Source: an uncultured Candidatus Saccharibacteria bacterium (GTDB taxonomy: Bacteria > Patescibacteriota > Minisyncoccia > Phycocordibacterales > Zambryskibacteraceae). Taken from it: a stretch of 64,000 nt of DNA. Positions 17,914-27,749 of the stretch are shown one piece after another. The translations under genes were made by a program, and so were the position numbers. The stretch covers positions 9,783 through 73,782 of the forward strand of contig CAZUDK010000003.1 in assembly GCA_964618905.1 (NCBI GenBank). The letters run 5' to 3'. The stretch's first letter is position 1. Each line of letters opens with the position of its first letter. The notes under the pieces are model-generated. The model was not told the DNA's origin and ran no database searches. It saw only the letters and a list, made by a program, of their open reading frames with translations.

Positions 17914-18608
17914 TGTTTGACACAAAGAAGTATTTAGTGGCTTTTTTAATTACGGCAGCCGTTTTCAGCACGGCCTTGTTTACCTCTAACGCCTTAAATA
18001 GCAGAAAGCTAGAAGGCGTGCATTCTATAGAAAATAGAGTGGCTCTAGACATACTTTCTTCCGAGACGCAGTTTGCCCTGCTTGAAGAGACTTCTTGTCG
18101 AGACATTGGGCCTGGTTTTCTCTCTAAAGAGCTCGGCCCTCTTGGAGAGAAGCTTACATACACTGACGGCCAAACAGGCTTTAATCAGAATGACTTAAAT
18201 TATTTAAAGCGCTCCTACTTTCTTCTTGAGATAAAGGATTATCTTTTAATGAAGCGCCTGACTGAGAAGTGTGGCACGGAGCCGACTTTTATTCTCTATT
18301 TCTACTCTTCTAAATCCGATTGCAAAGATTGCGAGAAGATGGGATATGTCTTAACTGCCCTAAGAGAAAAATATCCAAGCCTGAGGGTGTATTCTTTCGA
18401 TTATGACTTTGATGTAGAAGCCATAAAGACCTTGATATCTATATACAAAATAGAGCCGAACTTACCTGCGCTCATCATCGATGGCACTGCTCATTATGGA
18501 TACCGTCCACTGGAACAACTTGAAGAAGATGTACCTGCTCTAAGCCGTCTAAAAGCAGAGCTTGAGGAGAAGAATGAATCTTCGACTACTCCTGCTTCAG
18601 AAAAATAA
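17913..18608 (+). CDS. Membrane-anchored protein with thioredoxin-like CxxC domain
   Basis: N-terminal TM; YFY..CKDC..LP; start overlaps GT2 stop. Confidence 0.75.
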   Translation: MFDTKKYLVAFLITAAVFSTALFTSNALNSRKLEGVHSIENRVALDILSSETQFALLEETSCRDIGPGFLSKELGPLGEKLTYTDGQTGFNQNDLNYLKRSYFLLEIKDYLLMKRLTEKCGTEPTFILYFYSSKSDCKDCEKMGYVLTALREKYPSLRVYSFDYDFDVEAIKTLISIYKIEPNLPALIIDGTAHYGYRPLEQLEEDVPALSRLKAELEEKNESSTTPASEK

Positions 18609-18620
18609 TTTTTAATAAAT

Positions 18621-18696
18621 TGGAGCCACCTCCCGGACTTGAACCGGGGACCTTCGCTTTACAAAAGCGTTGCTCTACCAACTGAGCTAAGGTGGC
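18621..18696 (-). tRNA. tRNA-Thr (anticodon TGT), CCA encoded
   Basis: GCCACCT/AGGTGGC acceptor, TTTGTAA loop, GGTTCAAGTCC, ends TCCA. Confidence 0.96.
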
Positions 18697-18703
18697 TTGT
18701 GTT

Positions 18704-19123
18704 CTACTCTACAACTTCTTCCAGGTTTTGAGAACCCTCACTGGCAGTTTCATTTCTACCTAATTCTTTGTTGGACAGGTTTTTGAAAAAATCTGATATA
18801 CCATCGTCTGTCCTCTTAAGAGCTTTAATTCCCCTGATTTTCTCAAGATATATGGAGCTTAGGTCTTGGACTTTGGTATTCGCTTTGCTTAAGAGTTTTT
18901 TGGAGTGTAATGGAAGCCTTCTTGAGACAAGCAGGTGCGCCTTCTCTTTGCTTTCTGAGTAGAAATGAGCGAAGCGATGCGAATAATCTCTTACCCTCTC
19001 ATCTCCGCGTGTTATTGCCCGAAGAAGCAGAAAAGTTCTTTTATATTTTATCTCTATCTTTTTGGCCAGGAGTATCGAGGATATTACCAAGCCAGAAAAC
19101 AAGAAGATTATTGGAAGGGACAT
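18704..19123 (-). CDS. Hypothetical membrane-anchored basic protein
   Basis: N-terminal TM; 139-aa ORF downstream of tsf. Confidence 0.65.
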   Translation of the reverse strand: MSLPIIFLFSGLVISSILLAKKIEIKYKRTFLLLRAITRGDERVRDYSHRFAHFYSESKEKAHLLVSRRLPLHSKKLLSKANTKVQDLSSIYLEKIRGIKALKRTDDGISDFFKNLSNKELGRNETASEGSQNLEEVVE

Positions 19124-19189
19124 CCCAGTTAGAAATTATTAATATTTACGCTCAGTAATAATTTTAACATAGAGGAATTTCTAACGGGA
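19123..19189. repeat. 67-bp inverted-repeat element
   Basis: TCCCAGTTAGAAATT ... AATTTCTAACGGGA. Confidence 0.7.
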
Positions 19190-19196
19190 CAAGTTT

Positions 19197-19646
19197 TTAT
19201 ATTTCGAACCTAGCAAATTTGCCTATTTCGGTTCTCTCTCCAAATTTCTGTACAGCTCCGTTTACAAGATCTTCTATAGTAGTAGAGCTGTCTTTGATGA
19301 AAGGTTGTTTAAGAAGTTCTTCTGTATTTTCAGGATTCATTGCCGCTACATGAAGAGCAATATCATGAGCAATTTCCTTAAACTCAGGATTCTTTGCTAC
19401 GAAATCTGTCTCGCATAGTAACTCAAGGAGAACACCGATAGTTTCATTAGCGTGGATATATGAGGTTACAATACCTGCTCCCAGTGTTCTGTCGGTCTTT
19501 TTGGCTGCAATATCAGCGCCACGCTCTTTAAGGAGTTTCAGAGCCTCTGCTCTGTCACCTCCAGCATCTTCAAGGGCTTTTTTGCACTGCATTATGGATA
19601 GCCCTGTTTCGTCTCTTAAAGATTTGATTTCTTCTGTTGTAGCCAT
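19197..19646 (-). CDS. tsf: Elongation factor Ts (short form, 149 aa)
   Basis: LRDETGLSIMQCKKAL, ELLCETDFVA, KFGE..I..FARFE; downstream of rpsB. Confidence 0.95.
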   Translation of the reverse strand: MATTEEIKSLRDETGLSIMQCKKALEDAGGDRAEALKLLKERGADIAAKKTDRTLGAGIVTSYIHANETIGVLLELLCETDFVAKNPEFKEIAHDIALHVAAMNPENTEELLKQPFIKDSSTTIEDLVNGAVQKFGERTEIGKFARFEI

Positions 19647-19663
19647 TTTATTTTGTTTTGTTC

Positions 19664-20389
19664 TTACTTATTTTCTTCTTTGCCGTTAGGTGCTTCAGAA
19701 ACTCCTTCCTTGTAAGCTCCTGCAATTTTCTCCAGGAATAATGAGATGCTCTGTCTGGATGAGTCGTTGCCCGGTACAGCCATATTAATGCCATTAAGAT
19801 TGCAGTCTGATCCTGCCAGAGCAATCACCGGTATACCAATCTTCTTAGCTTCAGAGATGGCAATATGCTCCTTCTTAGGGTCTATTACTATTATAAGCTT
19901 TGGCAGAGACTTCATTCCAACTAGTCCGCCGAAGTATAGTTCCAATTTTTCAATATCGCGGTCTATAAGGAGTCTCTCTTTCTTAGTGTATTTGCCAAGC
20001 TCCCCTTTTTCCTTCTGGGAAGTAAGCTCATCGAGTCTTGCTAGGCGCTTTTTGATTTCTGAGAAGTTAGTCAAAGTGCCTCCTATCCACCTGCTGGCTA
20101 CATAAGGCATGCCGATCTCTGTAGCGGCTTTCTTTACTGCTTCTCTGGCTTCATTCTTGCTGCCTACAATAAGTAGAGATGCTTCCTCCTTGCCTTTTTC
20201 CTTGATGAATTCGATAACCTTTTTGAATTCTTCACTTGTTTTTTCAAGGTCAAAAATTTCTATATTATCTTTGGTGCCGAATAGGAATGGCTTGACCGAA
20301 GGGTGTCGGCGGGACTTCACAAAGCCGAAATGAGCCCCTGCTTTGAAGAGCTCGTCTATGAGTGTTTTTTTGCTATTTTCAGTTTGCAT
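19664..20389 (-). CDS. rpsB: 30S ribosomal protein S2
   Basis: AGAHFG, RWIGGTLTNF, PGNDSS. Confidence 0.97.
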   Translation of the reverse strand: MQTENSKKTLIDELFKAGAHFGFVKSRRHPSVKPFLFGTKDNIEIFDLEKTSEEFKKVIEFIKEKGKEEASLLIVGSKNEAREAVKKAATEIGMPYVASRWIGGTLTNFSEIKKRLARLDELTSQKEKGELGKYTKKERLLIDRDIEKLELYFGGLVGMKSLPKLIIVIDPKKEHIAISEAKKIGIPVIALAGSDCNLNGINMAVPGNDSSRQSISLFLEKIAGAYKEGVSEAPNGKEENK

Positions 20390-20437
20390 AAACAGGGAAA
20401 GATTTTATCAAAAAGAGCTATATATTGCAATGTAGCA

Positions 20438-21397
20438 TTAATCTGCCTTATCAGCTTCTGACAAGGCTTTGATAATTGGCTCAATTTTGCCTGTCATTAT
20501 GTTTTCTATATTGTGCCACGACTGCTTTATACGATGGTCTGTAATGCGGTCTTGGAGTATGTTATAAGTGCGTATTTTTTCTGACCTATCAGCGGTGCCT
20601 ATCTGGGCTTTTCTCTCTCCGGCATATTTTGCAGCTTCCTCTTCTTCTTTTTTTGCTTCCAGCTTCGCTATCAGTATGCTCATGGCTTTTTCCCTGTTTT
20701 TTAGTTGGCTTCTTTCTGATGTCGAACGGACATCTATGCCTGTAGGTTTATGGATGATCCTTACTGCAGTTTCAACCTTGTTAACGTTCTGGCCGCCTGC
20801 ACCGCCTGAGCGCGAGGTTTCCATCTCAATGTCTGCTGGCTTTATTTCTATCTTTGTTTTCTTTCTAACGGGCAAAACAGCTACGGATGCGGTAGATGTG
20901 TGGACGCGTCCCATTTTTTCAGTTGCCGGTATGCGCTGCACTCGATGTACCCCGGTTTCGTATCTTAATTCCTTATAGACATCTTTGCCTCGTATTTCAA
21001 AAGATGCTTCTTTGTAGCCGCCAAGAGTACTGGGAGACACATGCAGCTCTTTTACACTCCAGCCTTTTATAGCTGCATAGCCTTTGTACATATTTGAAAG
21101 TTCTTCAGCGAAAAGAGCTGCTTCTTCTCCGCCTGCACCCGCTCGAATTTCGAGGATTACTTCATTAGGATATTCTTCGTCTTCTTCTTCAGAAGAGAGG
21201 ATTTCATCCATTTGTTTTATTAAAGAATCTTTTTGAGCTTTGATGTGGCTGAGTTCTTCCTCCGAGAGATCTTTCATGCTCTGGTCTTCTTCCAGAAGTT
21301 TTTTTATCTCGTTTTCTTCTTCAGATAGACGCTCGAAAGTCTCAGCAAGATAAGCAGTCTTAGGATTTTCTTTGTATTTTTCTATATCTGGAGTCAT
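20438..21397 (-). CDS. prfA: Peptide chain release factor 1
   Basis: [10 protein letters not shown] (PxT), [19 protein letters not shown]; N-terminus short, start uncertain. Confidence 0.93.
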   Translation of the reverse strand: MTPDIEKYKENPKTAYLAETFERLSEEENEIKKLLEEDQSMKDLSEEELSHIKAQKDSLIKQMDEILSSEEEDEEYPNEVILEIRAGAGGEEAALFAEELSNMYKGYAAIKGWSVKELHVSPSTLGGYKEASFEIRGKDVYKELRYETGVHRVQRIPATEKMGRVHTSTASVAVLPVRKKTKIEIKPADIEMETSRSGGAGGQNVNKVETAVRIIHKPTGIDVRSTSERSQLKNREKAMSILIAKLEAKKEEEEAAKYAGERKAQIGTADRSEKIRTYNILQDRITDHRIKQSWHNIENIMTGKIEPIIKALSEADKAD

Positions 21398-21502
21398 ATA
21401 ATACTTCAATTCTCGAAGAAGAAACGAATTTCATGTCTCTCGCAGGCCGGCTGGGTCAAGAGGATATAATTTGCAGCAGCAAATTATCACTTGTTAAGAA
21501 AT

Positions 21503-21772
21503 TTATTTTTTCTTCGGAGATGCAGCTTTTGCTTGTTTTTGCTTGAAGCGTTCCACTCGTCCTGCTGTGTCCAGAGTCTTTTCTTGTCCGGTGTAAAAAG
21601 GGTGGGAAGCTGAAGATATTTCTATTCTCACGAGCGGGTATTCTTTGCCATCGCTTTTAGCCTTGCCAGTCTCTTCTGTTTCAATGGTGGAAGGAATAAT
21701 AAACTCAGTATCACTTGAGCTGTCGACAAACAGAACTGGTCTGTAGTTTTCCGGGTGTATGGTCTTTTTCAT
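21503..21772 (-). CDS. rpmE2: 50S ribosomal protein L31 type B (zinc-free)
   Basis: [28 protein letters not shown]; no Cys. Confidence 0.93.
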   Translation of the reverse strand: MKKTIHPENYRPVLFVDSSSDTEFIIPSTIETEETGKAKSDGKEYPLVRIEISSASHPFYTGQEKTLDTAGRVERFKQKQAKAASPKKK

Positions 21773-21786
21773 TGAGCAATACTATA

Positions 21787-21852
21787 CCCCACCACCTGCT
21801 TTTATGCAACTTCTGTTTTCCTAACTTTTAGCTCGCTGAAGCAGGTGAGGGG
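21787..21852. repeat. 66-bp inverted-repeat element
   Basis: CCCCACCACCTGCTT ... AAGCAGGTGAGGGG. Confidence 0.65.
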
Positions 21853-21864
21853 CAAGCCAGTAAT

Positions 21865-23256
21865 TTATACTCCCTGCAAGAAATCAATATCATTCTGGAT
21901 TTTGTCCGCTTTGGACATTACGCTTTGACCATAACTCAAGCCGACATTAGGACCGCTTGCGCCATAGCATGTTTTACCTGAGTAGTACCTGCAGGCAGCT
22001 GTGCGCTGGTCCACATAAGGATCTCCTGTAGTACCCATTATATCTTTTAGGAAAAGCCCCATAGCCATAATAGCATCCTGAGGATTCCAAGGATCGGGAT
22101 TAGATTTGCCTAAAGCTGCAGAGACCTTACTCTCCATGATATGCCACGTAGATGGGATGAATTGAGCTGGTCCCATAGCTCCTCCATACCCTACAGACAG
22201 AGGGCATGAGACCTTTGTAGTCAGAGGATTCCGGCCCAAACTGGTTACGATTTTTTGCAGCAACGGTAAGTCTCGGCTCGGATGTATGCCTACAGGAAAT
22301 ATTTTGCCGCTATTGACGCTCTTTAATGAGCCGCTATTGAGATCAGTGATAACACAGCTGCCGACATTTGCTCCAAGGTTTGATTCTTGCTGTAAGATGG
22401 CAAGTATAAGTGAAGGTTCTACACCTGTTTTTTTGCTTGCATTCTGCGCGTATTGGAGAGCGGTGCCAAAAGGTATGGCCCCTGCATCTCTAAGTGGGAA
22501 CAAGACTGAGCGTATTTGAGCAGCTTTTGCCTGCCTGTCTTTTAGAACCTGTTCATAAGTTTTCTCTTTATTTTTGCTGACAGCAAGCAGATTCTTTTTC
22601 TGCTCGTTAGCTACTTCCACTTCCCTTTTGGAAGCCTCAAGAAGCTCTTTAGCGGCGGATGCCCTCTCTCTCTGTTCAGCTAATTCATTCTTTTCTTTTT
22701 CAGTTTCAGTCTTGGTATCCCTAAGTTCTGTAAAAAGTTCTGCCAAAGCTTTCTCTGTGGATGAATAATAATCCAAATCTGCAAAAAATTCTGAAAGATT
22801 CTTACTTGAAAGCAGGGCTTCAGCCATGGAATAGGAGTTTATATCTTTGGTTTTGCGTAAGATATCCGCTATAGCTTCCTTGCCTTTTACTATGCGTGAG
22901 TCCAGCTCAGCAATCTTGGTTTGTTTGACTGAGATATCTTGGGAAAGGTTTGATATAGCTATATTTTTAGCCTTAATATTGGCTTGAGCAGCATTTATCT
23001 TAGCGGTTAAAGTAGCAACATCTCTAGCAAAAGAAGCGCTTTCTTGCTTGGTTTGATTCAATGCGGCTGTCCACTGTGCTATTTCTGCATTGCAGGCCTC
23101 AAGCTCTGATTCCAGCTGAGATCGGCTCTTACCCGCTATCTGATTTGTACAAGAGCTTGCGCTGGTATAAGCAGCGCTGCCAGGGAAAACTAATGCCGTC
23201 AAAGCCATTGCTGATACTAAGCATATAGCCTTAAGCGGACTTATTTTAGGTTGCAT
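21865..23256 (-). CDS. Secreted coiled-coil protein with C-terminal lytic transglycosylase domain
   Basis: Signal peptide, long coiled coil, AILQQES, GAMGPAQFIPSTW, DPWNPQDA. Confidence 0.88.
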   Translation of the reverse strand: MQPKISPLKAICLVSAMALTALVFPGSAAYTSASSCTNQIAGKSRSQLESELEACNAEIAQWTAALNQTKQESASFARDVATLTAKINAAQANIKAKNIAISNLSQDISVKQTKIAELDSRIVKGKEAIADILRKTKDINSYSMAEALLSSKNLSEFFADLDYYSSTEKALAELFTELRDTKTETEKEKNELAEQRERASAAKELLEASKREVEVANEQKKNLLAVSKNKEKTYEQVLKDRQAKAAQIRSVLFPLRDAGAIPFGTALQYAQNASKKTGVEPSLILAILQQESNLGANVGSCVITDLNSGSLKSVNSGKIFPVGIHPSRDLPLLQKIVTSLGRNPLTTKVSCPLSVGYGGAMGPAQFIPSTWHIMESKVSAALGKSNPDPWNPQDAIMAMGLFLKDIMGTTGDPYVDQRTAACRYYSGKTCYGASGPNVGLSYGQSVMSKADKIQNDIDFLQGV

Positions 23257-23318
23257 AATTAAGAACTCTAAATTAACAATCGAGTTTGATATTACTCAAA
23301 CTCGAAATTGGCTCTTCC

Positions 23319-23975
23319 CTATCCCTCTTGTTCTTCAGGTTTTGTTTCGGAATCTTCTGATTCTTCTTTGCCTTTCTTTTCAACTTCAATTGAAGACAGA
23401 TCTACCGGTTCTGATTCTTCTTCCTTTTCTTCCTTAGGTTCTGCTATTAAGGCAATGATTTCTTCTGGGTTTTCTGTAAGCGATACGCCTGAGGGCATTC
23501 GCAGGTCTTGAGCCATTATTTGGTCTCCAATATTCTTGAAGACGCTTATGTCTATAATAATGTGTGAAGGCAGGTCTTTAGGCATAGCTTCAACTTCTAG
23601 TTCATGCAGCACTTTCACAAGCACTCCACCTTGTTCTTTGACTGCTGGAGAGACACCTTCAAATTCTATTGGAAGTTCAACTTTAACTTTGTGGCCTTTT
23701 TCGAATACGTAAAAATCAGCATGTCTAGGTTCGCCTGTTATCGGGTCGATGTCTATATCATGAATAAGGCTTTCTTTCTCGCCTTCCGGAGTTTCTAAGG
23801 TCACTACTGTGGATTCTCCCGCCTCTTTCCATACTCTGTCAAAGTCTTTCTTGTCTATGGAGATGGGAGTACTTTCCTGTTTCTTACCATAAAAAACCGC
23901 AGGAATTTTTCCTGTCTTTCGCAAAACGTCCGGTTTTTCGGACTTCTCTCTTTTCTCGGTCTTTAAGGTAAGCAT
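23319..23975 (-). CDS. rplY: 50S ribosomal protein L25 / Ctc
   Basis: LRKTGKIPAVFYG, HADFY, VKEQGGVL, acidic tail. Confidence 0.95.
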   Translation of the reverse strand: MLTLKTEKREKSEKPDVLRKTGKIPAVFYGKKQESTPISIDKKDFDRVWKEAGESTVVTLETPEGEKESLIHDIDIDPITGEPRHADFYVFEKGHKVKVELPIEFEGVSPAVKEQGGVLVKVLHELEVEAMPKDLPSHIIIDISVFKNIGDQIMAQDLRMPSGVSLTENPEEIIALIAEPKEEKEEESEPVDLSSIEVEKKGKEESEDSETKPEEQEG

Positions 23976-24014
23976 GAGCTTATTTTACCTGACTTTACAA
24001 TAAAATCAACGGCT

Positions 24015-25676
24015 TTATTCCAGGGCTATATGCTCTTCCATATATGCGACTGTGCCTATATCTTGTTCCGTATCGCCTTCTGGAACTTTTTTGCCTGGAT
24101 TAAAAATATCTTGCGGGTCGAAAATTTCTTTAGTTTGCTTGAAAAGCTCAAGGATTTCCGGACTGTACATCCTGCTAAGGAAAGGGGTTCGGACAATACC
24201 GTCGTTGTGCTCGCCTGTTATAGATCCTTTATACTCAGCTACTAAGGAGTAAACTTCTTCTGATACCTTGCCAATGATTTCTATATTCTTTTTGTCGTGC
24301 ATATCCATGAGAGGAATGATATGGAAATTGCCATTACCTGCATGGCCGGCAATAGTGTAAGTCAGATTATATTTATCGAGAATCTTCCTTATCTTTGGTA
24401 GAAATTCCGCCATGTGTTCCGGCAAAACTACAATGTCGTCTACAAATGGCGCTGTTCGCCTGCCTTTAGTGTGTTCTCTGAGGAGATTAAAGCTCTCTCT
24501 CCTGACTGTCCAATATTTTCCGGCTTCCTCTTCTGATTTAGTCTTTCTCATTTCGTACTTAAAGTATTCAAGCTTTTTTTCTAAATCATCGAGCTTTTTC
24601 CCTACTTCTTCCTCACTTTGACCTGTATATTCCACCAACATGATCATTCTAGGCAGTCCTTTGCGGATTATCATCCACCCTTCCGGTATAAAAGATATCA
24701 AAAGTTTGAAGAAATTCTTGGGTTTCAAGGTCTTGATCATTTCCGGCAGGAAACGGAAAGCAAGTTTGAAAGTAGCATCGTCATATGACTCGATGCTTTC
24801 AGGATTTGTCGGCAAAATGATATTTACAAGCTCTGCCATGCGCGACAAATCGGGCAGGAAGATGACAAACAGCTTGGATACCGGCTCCACAGGCACTAAT
24901 CTTAATTTTACTTTTGTGACTATACCCAAAGTCCCCTGCGATCCGACCAAAAGCTTATTGAGGTTAAAAGTTTTTCCATCCCAGATGTTCCAAAGGTAAT
25001 ATCCTGCGGAATTTTTTGATACTCTTGGCCGTGCTTCTTCTATTTTCTTTTGATTGTCTTTTATAAGCTCAAATAGTTTTTTATATAAGTTACCTTCAAA
25101 ATCGCCTTGGCTCATTTTCATATCAAGCTCCCTTGCCGAGAGCGGCTTCACTGTATATTCCCTACCATCAGAGAATATAACTGTGCTCTCAAGAACAAAA
25201 TTTTCCATTTTGCCGTATCGCAAAGTTTTTTCTCCGCCACAGTTGTTCGATACCATGCCGCCGAGGGCGGCCAGATTTTTAGACGCCGGATAGCAAGGCA
25301 GGAGCAAGTTATGTTTAAAAGTTTCTTTTTCAAAGTCTCTGTAGAAGACGCCGGGTTCGACTAAGATGCTCTGCTCTTCTATGCCGCCGATGTTGTTTAT
25401 ATGCTTTGTTGTATCGGCAATAATGGATTCATTCAATGGGCCGCCGGTCATATCCGAACCAGCCGAGCGCATAGTCAGCGAGATTTCTGGGTTTTCTGCT
25501 TTCTTTTCTGCAATAAATTTAACAAGACTTTTAAGATCGTCAGAATTCTTGGGGAAAACCACTAATTTAGGCCGAACCTCAAAGAGAGAGGCATCGTGGC
25601 TGTATTTTGTGAGAGTCTCGTTGTCGTCAAAGACCTCTCCTTTGAAGAATTTTTGTATTTCTTCCTTTAGATTCAT
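24015..25676 (-). CDS. FAD-binding oxidoreductase (GlcD/D-lactate dehydrogenase-like)
   Basis: LGGMVSNN, GSQGTLG, GHAGNGNFH, TGEHNDG, FNPGK. Confidence 0.88.
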   Translation of the reverse strand: MNLKEEIQKFFKGEVFDDNETLTKYSHDASLFEVRPKLVVFPKNSDDLKSLVKFIAEKKAENPEISLTMRSAGSDMTGGPLNESIIADTTKHINNIGGIEEQSILVEPGVFYRDFEKETFKHNLLLPCYPASKNLAALGGMVSNNCGGEKTLRYGKMENFVLESTVIFSDGREYTVKPLSARELDMKMSQGDFEGNLYKKLFELIKDNQKKIEEARPRVSKNSAGYYLWNIWDGKTFNLNKLLVGSQGTLGIVTKVKLRLVPVEPVSKLFVIFLPDLSRMAELVNIILPTNPESIESYDDATFKLAFRFLPEMIKTLKPKNFFKLLISFIPEGWMIIRKGLPRMIMLVEYTGQSEEEVGKKLDDLEKKLEYFKYEMRKTKSEEEAGKYWTVRRESFNLLREHTKGRRTAPFVDDIVVLPEHMAEFLPKIRKILDKYNLTYTIAGHAGNGNFHIIPLMDMHDKKNIEIIGKVSEEVYSLVAEYKGSITGEHNDGIVRTPFLSRMYSPEILELFKQTKEIFDPQDIFNPGKKVPEGDTEQDIGTVAYMEEHIALE

Positions 25677-26521
25677 ATTTTGTTGAACAGTTTTAATTTT
25701 TTGGTTACCACCTCTTTCATCTCTTCGACTCCTTCAGCCAAGAATTTATAAGGAGCAAGTTCGTCTGTGCTCATTCCTTTTTCTACGCCGGCTTTATAAG
25801 CCATTCTCAGTTCAGTATTTATATGCACTATGCGTATGCCGGCATCTATAGCAGCCACAATATCTTCATCTGTATTTCCTGATGCGCCATGAAGGACAAG
25901 AGGAATTTTTACAGCTCCCGCTATTTCAGAAATTCTTTTGATATTAAGCTTGGGATCGCCGGTCTTAATGAGGCCGTGAATATTGCCGACAGATGGAGCG
26001 AAGAGATCTACGGTTGTTTCGTCCACAAACTTTTTGGCATCTTCCGGAGTGGTTTGTGTCTCTTCTGATACTCCGTCCGGTATCTCGTCTCGAATCTTTG
26101 AACCAGTGCCGATAAAGCCAAGTTCGCCTTCTACCAGCATTTCCGGATGCTTTTCTCTGGCATATCTGACGACCTCTTTTGTCATAATGACATTTTCAAA
26201 GAAAGGCTTTTCTGCTCCATCAATGATGACTGAATCAAAGTTGTTGTCTATGGCTTCTTTAGATGCTTCTACAGAATATGTGTGGTCGGCGTTGATAAAT
26301 ACCGGACGGCCTTCATCTTGCTTAACTTGCACCAAGGCGCGTATCTCTGCTACTCCAAGGAAGCTTCTTTCCTTCTCTGATACGCCAATAATTACCGGTA
26401 GATTTAATTCTTCTGCTGCTTCTGTTACCGCTTTGAATCCTTCCGAGTCCGAAACATTAAAATGTCCGATAGCTATCTTATTCTCTGCTGCTTCGGCAAT
26501 ATATTCTTTAAGTGTCTTCAT
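25673..26521 (-). CDS. fba: Class II fructose-bisphosphate aldolase
   Basis: GHFN, NADH, VEGELG, GNIHG, LVLHGASG, INTE; ATG 26521 after TAGAAT. Confidence 0.92.
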   Translation of the reverse strand: MKTLKEYIAEAAENKIAIGHFNVSDSEGFKAVTEAAEELNLPVIIGVSEKERSFLGVAEIRALVQVKQDEGRPVFINADHTYSVEASKEAIDNNFDSVIIDGAEKPFFENVIMTKEVVRYAREKHPEMLVEGELGFIGTGSKIRDEIPDGVSEETQTTPEDAKKFVDETTVDLFAPSVGNIHGLIKTGDPKLNIKRISEIAGAVKIPLVLHGASGNTDEDIVAAIDAGIRIVHINTELRMAYKAGVEKGMSTDELAPYKFLAEGVEEMKEVVTKKLKLFNKI

Positions 26522-26552
26522 GCTTACAATTCTATCATGATATACTTTCTCT

Positions 26553-27542
26553 ATGCATGAGTTCATTGCTATTGGAGATACAGCCACTGATGTATTTATT
26601 CGGCTTGAAGAAGATAGCGGTGCCAAGGTTGCCGGCAAGCCGGATGATGCTGAATATCGCATTTCTCTGCCTTTTGCAGCCAAGGTTCCTTATAAAGAAG
26701 CAACTACTGTCGCCGGCGTCGGCAATGCTCCGAATGCTTCAGTCGTTGCGGCAAAGCTTGGGCTCTCTTCTGCCCTGGTGGCTCATATAGGCTCTGATCA
26801 GCCCGGCAAGGATGCAATGGAATCTTTGAATGCCCAGGGTGTTGATACAAAATTTGTTATTGCCGAAGAAGGCAAGCATACCAACTACTCTTATATCCTT
26901 TGGTACGAAGATGACAGGACGATTTTAAGACGCAATGAAGAATTTAAATACGTCTTACCTGACCTTGGCATACCGCAGTGGGTTTATGTCAGCTCTATAG
27001 GTTCTAATACTCTCGAAGTTTACGATCAATTGGCGGATTTTCTTGAAAAAAATCCGCAGGTGAAGTTCGCTTTTCAACCCGGAAGTAAAGAAATTCCGCT
27101 AGGCAAGAAACTCTCCCGCCTATATGCTCGGGCTAATATTTATTTTTCTAATGTTGAAGAGGCGGAGAGTATTATTGGTGTTAATACACTTGGTATTAAA
27201 GAACTTATAAAGCGTTTTCACGAGTTGGGGCCAAAAATTGTTGTAATTACCGATGGTCCGAACGGGGCATATGCTTATGATGGAGAAAATATTTACAGGC
27301 AAATGCCGTATCCGGACATAAAGCCGCCTTGTGAGCGCACTGGTGCAGGTGATGCTTTCTCTTCCACAACAGTTGTGGCACTCGCGCTAGGAAAAGATCT
27401 TCCTACTGCTCTCGGATGGGGTGCTGTCAATTCCATGTCAGTAGTACAGCACATAGGCGCTCAGAAAGGGCTTCTCTCTCGCGAAAAAATTGAAGATTAC
27501 CTAGCAAAAGCGCCGTCAGATTTTAAAGCCAAGGCTTTGTAA
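26553..27542 (+). CDS. PfkB-family carbohydrate kinase
   Basis: GNAPNA, VVITDGPNGA, ERTGAGDAF. Confidence 0.9.
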   Translation: MHEFIAIGDTATDVFIRLEEDSGAKVAGKPDDAEYRISLPFAAKVPYKEATTVAGVGNAPNASVVAAKLGLSSALVAHIGSDQPGKDAMESLNAQGVDTKFVIAEEGKHTNYSYILWYEDDRTILRRNEEFKYVLPDLGIPQWVYVSSIGSNTLEVYDQLADFLEKNPQVKFAFQPGSKEIPLGKKLSRLYARANIYFSNVEEAESIIGVNTLGIKELIKRFHELGPKIVVITDGPNGAYAYDGENIYRQMPYPDIKPPCERTGAGDAFSSTTVVALALGKDLPTALGWGAVNSMSVVQHIGAQKGLLSREKIEDYLAKAPSDFKAKAL

Positions 27543-27698
27543 ATGAAAAGCCCCCGACCGAAATCGGGGGCAGCGCAGCTCATGAATAGAGCTGCCGGAA
27601 ACGGTCCTCGGTCCACTCACGATGTGGATGGCGAAGACGAACGTCACTATGGCAACTCCGATGAACGAAAGGCTCCACGTCGGATCGCTGTTTTTCAT
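27516..27698 (-). CDS. Possible small membrane protein
   Basis: AGGAGG SD before ATG 27698 and one hydrophobic segment, but reads through a terminator-like hairpin. Confidence 0.35.
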   Translation of the reverse strand: MKNSDPTWSLSFIGVAIVTFVFAIHIVSGPRTVSGSSIHELRCPRFRSGAFHLQSLGFKI

Positions 27699-27749
27699 CA
27701 CCCAACCTCCTGAAAGAGTGAAAACAAAGACCTTTCCAGTCAAACTATG

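Noticed and set aside
19123-19189. Integron attC site
   Set aside because: GTTAGAA and TTCTAAC occur in the reverse order to attC (RYYYAAC...GTTRRRY), there are no L boxes and no integron integrase in the window.
26522-26683. N-terminal extension of fba in the ORF track
   Set aside because: Overlaps the divergent pfkB gene; homology and a -10 box support ATG 26521. Similar trimming was applied to rmuC, MGMT, DUF192, YbhB, lemA and the ABC genes.
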